This document shows, piece after piece, positions 13,301 through 24,274 of a DNA stretch of 64,000 bases. A model generated the notes under the pieces. It was not told the DNA's origin. It was given only the letters and a program-made list of their open reading frames with translations, and ran no database searches. The DNA comes from Pecten maximus (Eukaryota). Location: contig NC_047021.1 in the NCBI RefSeq assembly GCF_902652985.1, positions 42,718,001-42,782,000 on the forward strand, read 5' to 3'. The first letter of the stretch is position 1. Every line of letters starts with the position of its first letter. Made by a program: the position numbers and the translations under genes.

Positions 13301-16300
13301 TTTACTATTTTTTTCTTACCTCAGTCACTACCAATATATCAATAATCTAATTATCTCTAGAATTCTGCTACTCTTTTTACACCTTATTTTTTTCGAATAT
13401 ATAATGAGAAGATTTTTAAAAGTTAGTACATACATTTGAGAAATTATATATCTTACTAAAATCCTAAATCTTTAAATTCTGCCACTTTTTAAAGGTTTAT
13501 TCATTTTTTCTTTATCTTTCCTCAGTCACTACCAATATATCATCAAGGATATTATGACATATGCTTGTCTATGATATATTCATCACTGGAAAGTTTTGGA
13601 TACATAATTGGGGAGATTTTTAATAGCTAGAACACAAATTTGAGAAAATACATACTTATCTCTAGAATTCTACTACTTTTTTTACACTTCATTTTTTTCG
13701 GATATTTAATTAGAAGATTTTCAATAGTCAGTACATACATTTGAGAAATTATTTACCTTATTATAATCCTACATATCAAGAATTCTGCCTCTTTTTAACA
13801 CTTAATTTCTTTTTCGCTCTTTCCTCAGTCACTACCAATATATCATCAAGGATATTATGACATATGCTTGTCTATGATATATTCATCACTGGAAAGGGCT
13901 TTGAACTGGATATTATGTCAATTCTGTTACTGAATTCATAATCCATGTCACTTTTCCCTTGTGTGTCATTTGTACAATCTATTGAGATATATGTGTGGTT
14001 AGCGCTGCTGGTAGATTTTTTAGTCTAAAAGGTTTGCCATTACCCTGCATGTCACACATATTGATTAGGGGATTTATACAGCTCCCATTCATTTTAGGCC
14101 CCTGTTCTGACTTTTCTTCTGGTTCTCCTCACTGTTTGCCCCGGACATCACTACAACTAATCTGTATGAAGCATATTCTTTTACTAAATTCATACATAAA
14201 GGCGCTATTAAACGGTCCATCTTTTGTACAATTTTTTGTTGGACTAGCTCATCACGGTTTTGATTTTGAAGTCTGAGAGTACTGTTACAGTACTTTCGTA
14301 TGACATATTTTTCTGTTGGGCTCAGGGCGACTTATTTTGGAAAGATGATAAAAGTTCAGCAATCAATATAACTTTTCCTCAGTCACTACCAATATATCAT
14401 CAAGGATATTATGACATATGCTTGTCTATGATATAATCATCACTGGAAAGATTTTGGATACATAATTGGGGAGATTTTTAATAGCTAGTACACAAATTTG
14501 AGAAAATACACACTTATCTCTAGAATTCTACTACTTTTTTTACACTTCATTTTTTTCGGTTATTTAATGAGAAGATTTTCAATAGTCAGTACATACATTC
14601 CAGAAATTATATACCTTATTATATAATAACCCTACATATCAAGAATTCTGCCTCTTTTTTACACTTAATTTCTTTTTCGCTCTTTCCTCAGTCACTACCA
14701 ATATATCATCAAGGATATTATGACATATGCTTGTCTATGATATATTCATCACTGGAAAGTTTTTGATATTTAATCTAGCAGATTTTTTGAAAGTTTGATG
14801 CAAATATTTGAGAAATTGCCACTTTTCAATGCTTTACCATTTTTCTTCTTACCTCAGTCACTACCAATATATCAATAATCTAATTATCTCTAGAATTCTG
14901 CTACTCTTTTTACACCTTACTTTTTTCAAATATTTAATTAGAAGATTTTTAAAAGTTAGTACATACATTTGAGAAATTATATAACTTATTATCCCTACAT
15001 ATCAAGAATTCTGCCTCTTTTTTACACTTAATTTCTTTTTCGCTCTTTCCTCAGTCACTACCAATATATCATCAAGGATATTATGACATATGCTTGTCTA
15101 TGATATATTCATCATTGGAAAGGGCTTTGAACTGGATATTATGTAAATTCTGTTACTGAATTCATAATCTAAGTCACTTTTCCCTTGTGTGTCATTTGTA
15201 CAATCAATTGAGATAGCTGGGTGGTTAGCGCTGCTGGTAGATTTTTTAGTCTAAACGATTTGCCATTACCCTACATGTCACACATATTTATTCGGGGGTT
15301 TATACATCTCCCATTCATTTTAGGCCCCCGTTCTGACTTTTCTTCTGGATCTCCTCAATGTTTGCCACAGGCATCACTACAACTAATCTGTATGAAGCAT
15401 ATTCTTTTACTAAATTCATACGTAAAGGCACTTTTAAACGGTCCATCTTTTGTACAATTCTTTGTTGGACTAGCTCATCACGGTTTCGATTTTGAAGTCT
15501 GAGAGTACTGTTACAGTACTTTCGTATGACATATTTTTCTGTTGGGCTCAGGGAGACTTATTTTGGAAAGATGATAAAAGTTCAGCAATCAATATACTAG
15601 TAACCTTTCCTCAGTCACTACCAATATATCATCAAGGATATTATGACATATGCTTGTCTATGATATAATCATCACTGGAAAGGTTTTGCTAAACTCCAAG
15701 TTTCTCTACAGGTACAGCAAATCTGACAGTAACAAGACACAATCAGATGTAACTGCGAACATAGCCTTTACGAGAAACGTTTTATGTAAGCTTGAAAAGG
15801 CTACAAATGGGTCCCATGTCCAGTGACTGAGCGGAATCAAATTCATCGAATTTAAAAGATAACATATAGTTCACATCTCATGGGGGGAAATAACATTCAT
15901 AAAGTACATGTCTGCCAAAAATTTTAAATACTAATGAGACAGGATAAGATTATGCATACTAATTCCAATGGGAAGGGCACTTCGAGTTAAATTTAGTAGA
16001 CAATTCTTTGAATGTTTAGAGTAGAAAGACATTGAGTGGCTTGTACAAGACAGTCTGTGTTAGGTGAAGAGTAACTTACTTTGGGGAAACATAATCCCGA
16101 TTGGCAGTGAGGAACTCCTGTCCACTACTGAGCACTTGTACCAGGAGGTCTGTAAGGTAGGCTTTCTCCACGGCCTCAGCACAAGGCATCCTCGCCTCCT
16201 ACAACAAGTTAGTACAACATAAACAACATATCTAAAGCAGACTTTCTCTATGGTCTCAGCATAAGGCATCCACACCTACATCTACCAGTAAGTTAACAGC

Positions 16301-19300
16301 ATAACTAAGTAGTTCATGGCTAATTTATGCCTGTAATTATATCACAGACTTCACATTCTTCCTATTCTGTGAAAATAGAACACAATACTTATCCAGAGGT
16401 TTTTTTTGAAACCTCTTACCTCAAACAGCAGACTGAACAGATGAAGTCGTGTGGCAAATTTGCAAGAGTCAGGATGGAACGCCTTCTTGTTGTTAGGACC
16501 GGACTCCTCAGATGAAGCGACATGGCCCACTGACAATAACTTCTGGCCTAGAGACTGAACCTGAAATACAAATGTAACACCTGTCAGTGTACTAATTACA
16601 AACGTAACACCTGTCAGTGTACTAATTACAAATGTAACACCTGTCAGTGTACTAAATACAAATGTAACACCTGTCAGTGTACTAATTACAAATGTAACAC
16701 CTGTCAGTGTACTAATTACAAATGTAACACCTGTCAGTGTACTAAATACAAATGTAACACCTGTCAGTGTACTAAATACAAATGTAACACCTGTCAGTGT
16801 ACTAAATACAAATGTAACACCTGTCAGTGTACTAATTACAAATGTAACACCTGTCAGTGTACTAATTACAAATGTAACACCTGTCAGTGTACTAAATACA
16901 AATGTAACACCTGTCAGTGTACTAATTACAAATGTAACATCTGTCAGCGTACTAAATACAAATGTAACACCTGTCAGTGTACTAATTACAAATGTAACAC
17001 CTGTCAGTGTACTAATTACAAATGTAACACCTTTCAGTGTACTAATTACAAATGTAACACCTGTCAGTGTACTAATTACAAATGTAACACCTGTCAGTGT
17101 ACTAAATACAAATGTAACACCTGTCAGTGTACTGAATACAAATGTAACACCTGTCAGTGTACTAATTACAAATGTAACACCTGTCAGTGTACTGAATACA
17201 AATGTAACACCTGTCAGTGTACTAATTACAAATGTAACACCTGTCAGTGTACTAATTACAAATGTAACACCTGTCAGTGTACTAATTACAAATGTAACAC
17301 CTGCCAGTGTACTAAATACAAATGTAACACCTGTCAGTGTACTAAATACAAATGTAACACCTGCCAGTGTACTAATTACAAATGTAACACCTGCCAGTGT
17401 ACTAATTACAAATGTAACACCTGCCAGTGTACTAATTACAAATGTAACACCTGTCAGTGTACTGAATACAAATGTAACACCTGTCAGTGTACTAATTACA
17501 AATGTAACACCTTTCAGTGTACTAAATACAAATGTAACACCTGTCGGCGTACTAATTACAAATGTAACACCTGTCAGTGTACTAATTACAAATATAACAC
17601 CTGTCGGCGTACTAATTACAAATGTAACACCTGTCAGTATACTAATTACAAATGTAACACCTGTCAGTGTACTAAATACAAATGTAACACCTGTCAGTGT
17701 ACTAAATACAAATGTAACACCTGTCAGTGTACTAAATACAAATGTAACACCTGTCAGTGCACTAATTACAAATGTAACACCTGTCAGTGTACTAAATACA
17801 AATGTAACACCTGTCAGTGTACTAATTACAAATGTAACACCTGTCAGCGTACTTATTACAAATGTAACACCTGTCAGTGTACTAATTACAAATGTAACAC
17901 CTGTCAGTGTACTAATTACAAATGTAACACCTGTCAGTGTACTAATTACAAATGTAACACCTGTCAGTGTATTATACAGCCATTGATATAATAAATATCC
18001 TTATCCAAGAATAATTTAAACAGTTTACTCTATACAGTATTCATCTGGCCTTACCTCCTGTACAAGTGAGGACAGAACTCGTTTCTGCCATTCCAGTCCG
18101 TTTCTTTGAGTGACGACTATCAACAGGTCACAAACACGATACACTGTTTCCGGGAGAGTGTCCAGCAGGGTCAAACAACCTAAAACACACAAGATTTTCC
18201 TTAAAACTCAGCAGGGTCAAACAACCTAAAACACACAAGCTTTTCCTTAAAACTGATCTTCATAGTTTATTCTGGGTACACATACCTTGATAGACCAATT
18301 TTCAATCTAGATCAATCCTAAACAAATCTGATTATTACCTAACAATGTTCCATGTTCCATCAGGGAACTCACTTATCCTTGTGGCTACTTCACAACACTA
18401 TTTTGGGCTTTCCTCAGTTACTATCAATATATCATCAAGAATATTATGACATATGCTTGTCTATGATATAATCATCACAGGAAAGTCATCTTTGTTTTAC
18501 CTTGATAATTAAAATTCTATTAAGAACAGCTTTTTGACAAAATGTCCAATTTACCAAAAACCTTGAGAAGATTTTTCTCACATTCAAGTATAACTTCATG
18601 AAAGTGCCGATGTTTAAGCTTTTTTCTCACATTCAAGTATAATTTCATGAAAGTGCAGATGGTTTAAGCTATCATTTTGAACGATTTTAAAGGAATGGGA
18701 AAATGCACAGCTTACAAACTTTTCAATGCTATTTACGATTCTTATCTGATTAAATCTACCCTAGTGCAAAACACCAAACTTGCATGTAATCATATCAATA
18801 ATTCCCTAGCTTTCAGTGTTAAAATATCGAAATGTTGCTGATTTTGACCAGATTTTATTTAAGTTCTTCTTTCCTCAGTTACTATCAATATATCATCAAG
18901 GATATTATGACATATGCTTGTCTATGATATATTCATCACTGGAAAGTTATTAATGTTTAATCTGGATGACTATTAAATAACAGCATACATTTTTGAGCAA
19001 ATACAAAACATAACAATAATTTAGAACTTCCCAACACTAGGACTATACAGTCAAACCTGTCTATAGCGACCGCCCAAGGGGAGGCAGAAAAACGGTCACT
19101 ATAGACAGGTTGCCTTTATAGACAGTTCAAAATTATTGCACCAACCAATTTACTTAAAACTGCCATAAATAAATTGTCATTGAACAGGGCATTCAGAAGA
19201 CCAGTCAGAAGTTAAATAAATGCATAAACTTTATACATCTGAAGGGTTTAATATTTAATGATTTGTGGACCCAAACACAAAATATAACTCAAAATGGTCT

Positions 19301-21592
19301 TATGGATAATTTTTTTTTGAATATTTTGTTCTGAAATAATGCTATATGTATCTATCAAATTATCTCCCTTTCTTTCATAAATAAAGAAAAAGAATACACA
19401 ATAATTAATTAATTATATTTGTGTTACTACTAATTATTTTGTGTTATAGTCTTACTTCTTAAAACCAAATTTTTTTTTTCTGACCCAAATTGAAATCCGG
19501 ATATTTGTGTCAGTTAACGACTTTTTATTAGTATTGACTAATTAAAGATGGCGGCAGTACAAACGCTAGTACCGACAGCTACGATTAAGAAAGGCATTAT
19601 TGGCTTTCATGTGAGTAAATCTTGTTGACAGATATGACCAGTGTTTGTTATTGAAGTGATGTATCCTAGTTGTAATCACAAAATTAATTGACCGTGTCAA
19701 ATGAAGCCACCTGTTCACAGTTGTAATGTAATACCGACACGCATGGTGACCCGACTCCTCTCTTACCGAGCCCCAGGCCAGGGCAGCTACAGTAATTATA
19801 GGCTAAAAGGTGGTAGGGGTCTTTTGTTTATATACTCAGGCCAGGGTTGTGGTGGTCCTTTGTTTGTATAATCAAGCCAGGGTCGATGTGTCTGAATTTT
19901 CCGGGGATTTTATGAGGGATGACTGCCGAGAGCAGAAGATGGCTGACAGAAATCGGTCGCTATAGAAAACAAATTAGCGACCGCCGTTCCAAAATCACCG
20001 GTCGTTAGCCACATTAGACAGGTAGTCGCTATACAGAGGGTCGTTATATAGTAAAATCTCACGGGGAATCTTAAAACCGGTCGTTATAGACAGGCAGTCG
20101 TTATATACAGGGGGTCGTTAGAGCAGGTTTGACTGTATCTTTTTTTTTTTTAATGTTCATTTTAATTTAAAATGGCAATGATTTTCATACAGTTGTTGGA
20201 AATGTTGACAAAACCTTTTCTGCTTACTCAATTATCATAACCATGCCTCTTTTTTTTTAGATTTAATAAATCAGAAGGTTCTTAAACTTCACATCCAACT
20301 TAAAATTTTGAATCCTCAGCAGACACGAGATTATTAAAGTTCACGCTTCTCCTTAAGAACAAAGTTTGTAAGGGACAGCTACATCGTAATGGCTTTCAAA
20401 GCACAAAACTCACATGTATTCATATCAATAATTCCCTAGGCTACAGTGTTAAAATGTCAAAATGTTGCAGATTTTGAAAAGATTTAATGCAAAAGTTCTT
20501 TCCTCAGTCACTACCAATATATCATCAAGGATATTATGACATATGCTTGTCTATGATATATTCATCACTGGAAAGTTAGTATAGATGTTTAATATGAATG
20601 ACTATTAAATAACAGCATACATTTTTGAACAAATACAAAATGTAATAATAATTTAGAACTTCTCAACACTAGGCCTATATCTTTTTTTTTAAATATTTTA
20701 ATATGTTCATTTTAATTTAAAACGGCAATGATTCTCATACAGTAGAAGGAAAGATTCTCATACAGTAGAAGGAAATGCTGACAAAACCTTTTCCGCTTAT
20801 TCAACCATCATAACCATGCTTTTTTTGTACATTTAATTAATCAGTAGGTTCTGAAACTTCACACCCAACCTAGCATTTTGAATCTTCAGCAGACACAATA
20901 TAATTAAAAGTTCACAATTCTTCTTAACAACAAACTTTGTAGGAGACTGTTACATTATAATGGCCTTTGAAGCCAGGAAACTCTCACCCTTCCTCAGTCA
21001 CTACCAATATATCATCAAGGATATTATGACATATGCTTGTCTATGATATATTCATCACTGGAAGGGTTTCGTCAGTTAAATTTTGTAACAGTCACTTATC
21101 AAACAGGCAATTCAGTAGAGCCGATAATTTCTTTGGTGTAAACTTTCACGATGTGTCACAAATTGCGAATTTATTTCATGCAAACAATTAAAATATTATT
21201 GAGAAAAGATCTAATTTCATAACAGAATAATAACAGTTTAATCTTTCAATCTTCTCTAATGAAACTTGAACAACAATATATACCAATACATAACCATGTC
21301 TTCAGCATTAAAACACCAAAGGAGATACAGACCTGGCATGACCGTGTCCGTGAACTGGTCAATCGTAGTTCGATCAAGTGGTTCCTCTTTCTCCTGCTTT
21401 TCATCAACTTCTGGCTCCTCTGGCCTCGGAGGATCTTGTTTGGGTGATGAACAAGTTGGTCCACCCTACAGCAAAGATATTAGGCATTAAATACATCTAT
21501 TGCTTTACAACATACAATGTATATAATGTGCTTTCACAGCTATTTCAAATTGTTTGTGATTTCACCAAAAGATCTCTTCCCACACCCCCTGC

Positions 21593-21626
<34 letters not shown>

Positions 21627-21831
21627 TTTCAAATTTTTTACACCGTAAATTTTCTTGATAGTTTCTGGTTCTATAAACATCTCTTCAAGGATAAAATTTT
21701 CTGGGTTAAAACAGGGTAGGGTTTAGAGTACCAACCTCATCAGTAGACATGAGGACATTGTCTCCCAGCGACATAGCTATAGCTCTCATCATCTGGTCTT
21801 CCTCAGACATCTCCAGTACCATGCCGAGGGG
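1375..21831 (-). CDS. HUWE1: E3 ubiquitin ligase HUWE1, central block (UIM, WWE, armadillo-like region, acidic disordered region); continues off the left edge towards the HECT domain
   Basis: 23 GT-AG exons with consistent phases: 21736-21831 ([17 protein letters not shown]), 21333-21465, 18055-18179, 16420-16560, 16080-16198, 12711-12798, 12206-12321 and 11466-11517 (WWE: [15 protein letters not shown]...[12 protein letters not shown]), 10831-10966, 10250-10346, 9586-9826 ([15 protein letters not shown]), 8985-9171, 8342-8500, 7834-7985, 6973-7188, 5995-6550 ([14 protein letters not shown]...[10 protein letters not shown]), 5062-5207, 4788-4887, 4292-4441, 3620-3741, 3152-3275, 1930-2043, 1375-1573 (ATHPLL). 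Motifs recognised from human HUWE1. Confidence 0.95.
5362..5982. repeat. Intronic minisatellite of ~28-32-bp CCCTA-rich units
   Basis: Repeated ATTCCCTAAAACCCCTATCTATCCCTGTAACAC variants. Confidence 0.9.
9846..10185. repeat. Intronic minisatellite of ~23-bp units (AGAAAACCTGTCTAAACTGAC)
   Basis: Direct tandem repeats beginning at CAGTGAAACCTGTCTAA. Confidence 0.9.
11124..11340 (-). mobile_element. tRNA-derived SINE (V-domain-like), full length
   Basis: Minus strand: GGGGCCGTGGTGGCGGAGCGGTTAAG (A box), GAGTTCAAAAC (B box), central GGTTTTTCTCCGGGTACTCCAGCTTTCC, A-rich tail. Paralogs at 26540, 33849/43347 and 57236. Confidence 0.85.
11881..12204. repeat. 41-bp minisatellite (~8 copies) abutting a 5' splice site
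   Basis: Unit TTAATACCGACACACCTGTTGGTGTTACAAGACGTAACCAG. Confidence 0.95.
12448..12525 (-). ncRNA. C/D box snoRNA, SNORD27/snR74-like (18S Am27/28 guide), copy 1
   Basis: Minus strand: CTTTCC stem, C box GTGATGA, guide AGACAAGCATATG (antisense to 18S CAUAUGCUUGUCU), C' TGATGA, D box CTGA, GGAAAG stem. Confidence 0.85.
12940..13017 (-). pseudogene. Degenerate SNORD27-like snoRNA copy
   Basis: Guide is intact, but the C box reads GTAATAA and the D box is lost. Confidence 0.75.
13150..13227 (-). ncRNA. C/D box snoRNA SNORD27-like, copy 2
   Basis: Same 78-nt unit with intact C and D boxes, 18S guide and terminal stem. Confidence 0.8.
13516..13593 (-). ncRNA. C/D box snoRNA SNORD27-like, copy 3
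   Basis: Intact boxes, guide and stem. Confidence 0.8.
13819..13896 (-). ncRNA. C/D box snoRNA SNORD27-like, copy 4
   Basis: Intact boxes, guide and stem. Confidence 0.8.
14373..14450 (-). ncRNA. C/D box snoRNA SNORD27-like, copy 5
   Basis: Intact boxes, guide and stem. Confidence 0.8.
14682..14759 (-). ncRNA. C/D box snoRNA SNORD27-like, copy 6
   Basis: Intact boxes, guide and stem. Confidence 0.8.
15045..15122 (-). ncRNA. C/D box snoRNA SNORD27-like, copy 7
   Basis: C box variant ATGATGA (still RUGAUGA); guide, D box and stem intact. Confidence 0.8.
15605..15682 (-). ncRNA. C/D box snoRNA SNORD27-like, copy 8
   Basis: Intact boxes, guide and stem. Confidence 0.8.
16561..17970. repeat. 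30-bp minisatellite, ~47 copies, starting at a HUWE1 3' splice site
   Basis: Unit ACTAAWTACAAATGTAACACCTGTCAGTGT, highly homogeneous. Confidence 0.97.
18408..18485 (-). ncRNA. C/D box snoRNA SNORD27-like, copy 9
   Basis: Boxes, 18S guide and stem intact; substitutions mainly upstream of box D. Confidence 0.8.
18869..18946 (-). ncRNA. C/D box snoRNA SNORD27-like, copy 10
   Basis: Intact boxes, guide and stem. Confidence 0.8.
19048..20135. mobile_element. Non-autonomous Tc1/mariner(pogo)-type DNA transposon with TA TSD
   Basis: TIRs CAGTCAAACCTG...CAGGTTTGACTG flanked by TA. The paralogous empty site (AGGCCTATATCTTTT) is visible at ~20671-20685. Confidence 0.9.
20498..20575 (-). ncRNA. C/D box snoRNA SNORD27-like, copy 11
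   Basis: Intact boxes, guide and stem. Confidence 0.8.
20987..21066 (-). ncRNA. C/D box snoRNA SNORD27-like, copy 12
   Basis: Intact boxes and guide; the terminal stem shows a compensatory change (CCCTTCC/GGAAGGG). Confidence 0.85.
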
Positions 21832-22208
21832 CTGCAATACAATGATAGATTAACATCAGAAATATTGATCACAGGAAACATCAGCTCAAGGGAAATATGA
21901 ATTAATTACAGGAAACATCAGATCAAGGGAAATATGAATTAATTACAGGAAACCCGAGCAGGATCCTTTTACTTAATGGTAACAGAATAACATACTCTAC
22001 AGTAATAATTTCAAATAATCATTTGTTCTGTCAAAATGGTTTTGGATAATTTCTCCTCTTGTCGAAAACGTTTATTTGTGATGTTCTTAATTGTACGAAA
22101 GTGCTAGAAATGACCATGGATAGAGCTCTAAGAATAAAAATTTGGCCACTGAAGTGTTACATTAATTTTTGACTGACCATTTCTAGTAATACAGGTTGTT
22201 ATATTTGT

Positions 22209-22284
22209 CCTTCCTCAGTTATTATCAATATATCATCAATAATATTATGACATATGCTTGTCTTTGATGTTCATCACTGGAAAG
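22209..22284 (-). ncRNA. C/D box snoRNA SNORD27-like, copy 13 (most diverged)
   Basis: C box, D box and the AGACAAGCATATG guide are retained despite substitutions and a small deletion. Confidence 0.75.
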
Positions 22285-22639
22285 AGTAGATACTATGCCA
22301 TCATATGTAAATGGTATCTTTCTTACACATAAGGACCAAAATAATGCAGCGGTTATTTACAGAGATGGATCAAGTCCACGGTAGAAGACTGTCTTAACAG
22401 CTATGATTCTCTATGTCAGGGGGATTTAACAATATTTTTTTAAGATTATAGCAAGAAATCTGTATGCACCATCTATTTTACGTAAATTCATAGATACTTG
22501 TAATTGAACATATTATATATTATTTTTATAAATCTGAAGGTTAAAAATCTTATTAAAAAGACTTCCATAAAAATCCGGAATAAAGAGATTTTTTTGAGGC
22601 CGACAAACACTCAGATGGTGTAAGAGATACAAGTATTTT

Positions 22640-23425
22640 TTTTTTTTGTTCTGAAATATTACTAAATGTATTTATCAAATTATCTCCCTTCTTTTTAAAT
22701 AACAACAAAGAAATACACAATAATTAATGAATTATGTTATTGTTACTGCTAATTATTTTTGTGACATAAACTAATTTCTTCAAACCAAAAGTTTTGTTTT
22801 TTCTGACTCAAATTGAAATCTGGATATTTGTGGCAGGTTACAACTCTTTATTAGTATTGACTAATCAAAGATGACGTCAGTACAAACCTGTTACCAGCTA
22901 GATTCAAGGCTTACTGCTTTTAGTAGTAATCTTGTTGACAGATATGACCAGTTTGTTCTGGAAATTGTAATCCAGAATCACATACTGTAGTCAAATGAAG
23001 CCATCTATGCACAGTTGTAATGTTACACACCAACACGCATGGTGAGCCAACTCCTCCGGGCCCCAGGCCAGAGCAGCGACAGTAATTTTAGGCTAACAGG
23101 TGGTAGAGGTCTTTGTTTATATAATTAGGCCAGGGTTGTGGGGGTCTTTTGTTTATACAAATCAGGCCAGGGTCGATGTGTCTGAATTTTCTGGAGATTT
23201 TATGAAGGATTAGTGCCGAGAGCAGAAGATAGCTTACAGAAATCGGTCGCTATGGAAAACAAATGAGCGACCGCCGTACCAAAATCACCAGTCGTTAGTC
23301 ACATTAGACAGGTGGTCGCTATACAGAGGGTCGTTATATAGTAAAATCTCACGGTGAATCTTAAAATCAGTCGTTATAGACAGGCGGTTGTTATATACAG
23401 GTGGTCGTTAGAGCAGGTTTGACTG
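22640..23425. mobile_element. Second, left-truncated copy of the Tc1/pogo-type element at 19048
   Basis: Colinear similarity to ~19310-20135, ending in GAGCAGGTTTGACTG-TA. Left boundary approximate. Confidence 0.85.
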
Positions 23426-24274
23426 TAAATCATGTTTATAGATATTGTCTCTGGCATTTATTCCATGAAGTCTATAGAATTTTCTAAACAAATTAAGATT
23501 AAATCATACTTGTCCAACAATGTCCAAATTTTTACCAAAGGTGGCTGAAAAATGAACGTTGAAAATCTAGTTATAGTAACAATGACTTCAGATTTGACCC
23601 AAGGTGATTGAAACGTGAATTTGAGCAAGAGGTAAATGTATAAAGTTTCAGAACAATTGGATCATCATTGACGTAAGTAGAGTGAGGACGTTGTCTAATT
23701 ACGTACATTTGATCCTATCTTTATCCCATCACTGACTCAACTCAAGAGGACAATACAGTAAACACTATTTGCACAGATACAATTAAATGCAGTTTCTTGA
23801 TTTTTATTGTTTGGACCAAATTTTCACTTCGTATTATTAGAGTTTTTTTAGTTTTCCAAATTTGAGTTTTCTGATTTTTTTTTACTAGGATAAAGAGAGA
23901 ATTCGGCCGGGACTGACGGAGTACTTCAAGTTAAGCGAGGTATTTGAGATTTCCGAGTTCGAGCTAACAAAGTTCTACTGTATATATTATTTTATCACAG
24001 GGGGATTCACCCTGCATACCTTTCATTATCCATACTAAACACTTATCACCAACCCACTACCTTTGAACTGGTGTTAGCTCTACTTTGATTTTTAATCTTT
24101 ATTTTATATATAATACATATTAATCGGTTCATTAATCTTTGACATGAAGTCTAAAGAAGATCTTTTATGTTGCTCAAAGAAGATCTGAGATTCAGACATA
24201 TTCACTAACGCTCACAATATCACAAGACCTCTAAATGGGTTAATCATGACGGACAATAACAAGCTTGTACAAAC

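Noticed and set aside
12448-15682. Repeat-spacer pattern resembling a CRISPR array
   Set aside because: Eukaryotic intron; repeats are 78 nt with C/D boxes; spacers are hundreds of bp and themselves duplicated; no cas genes.
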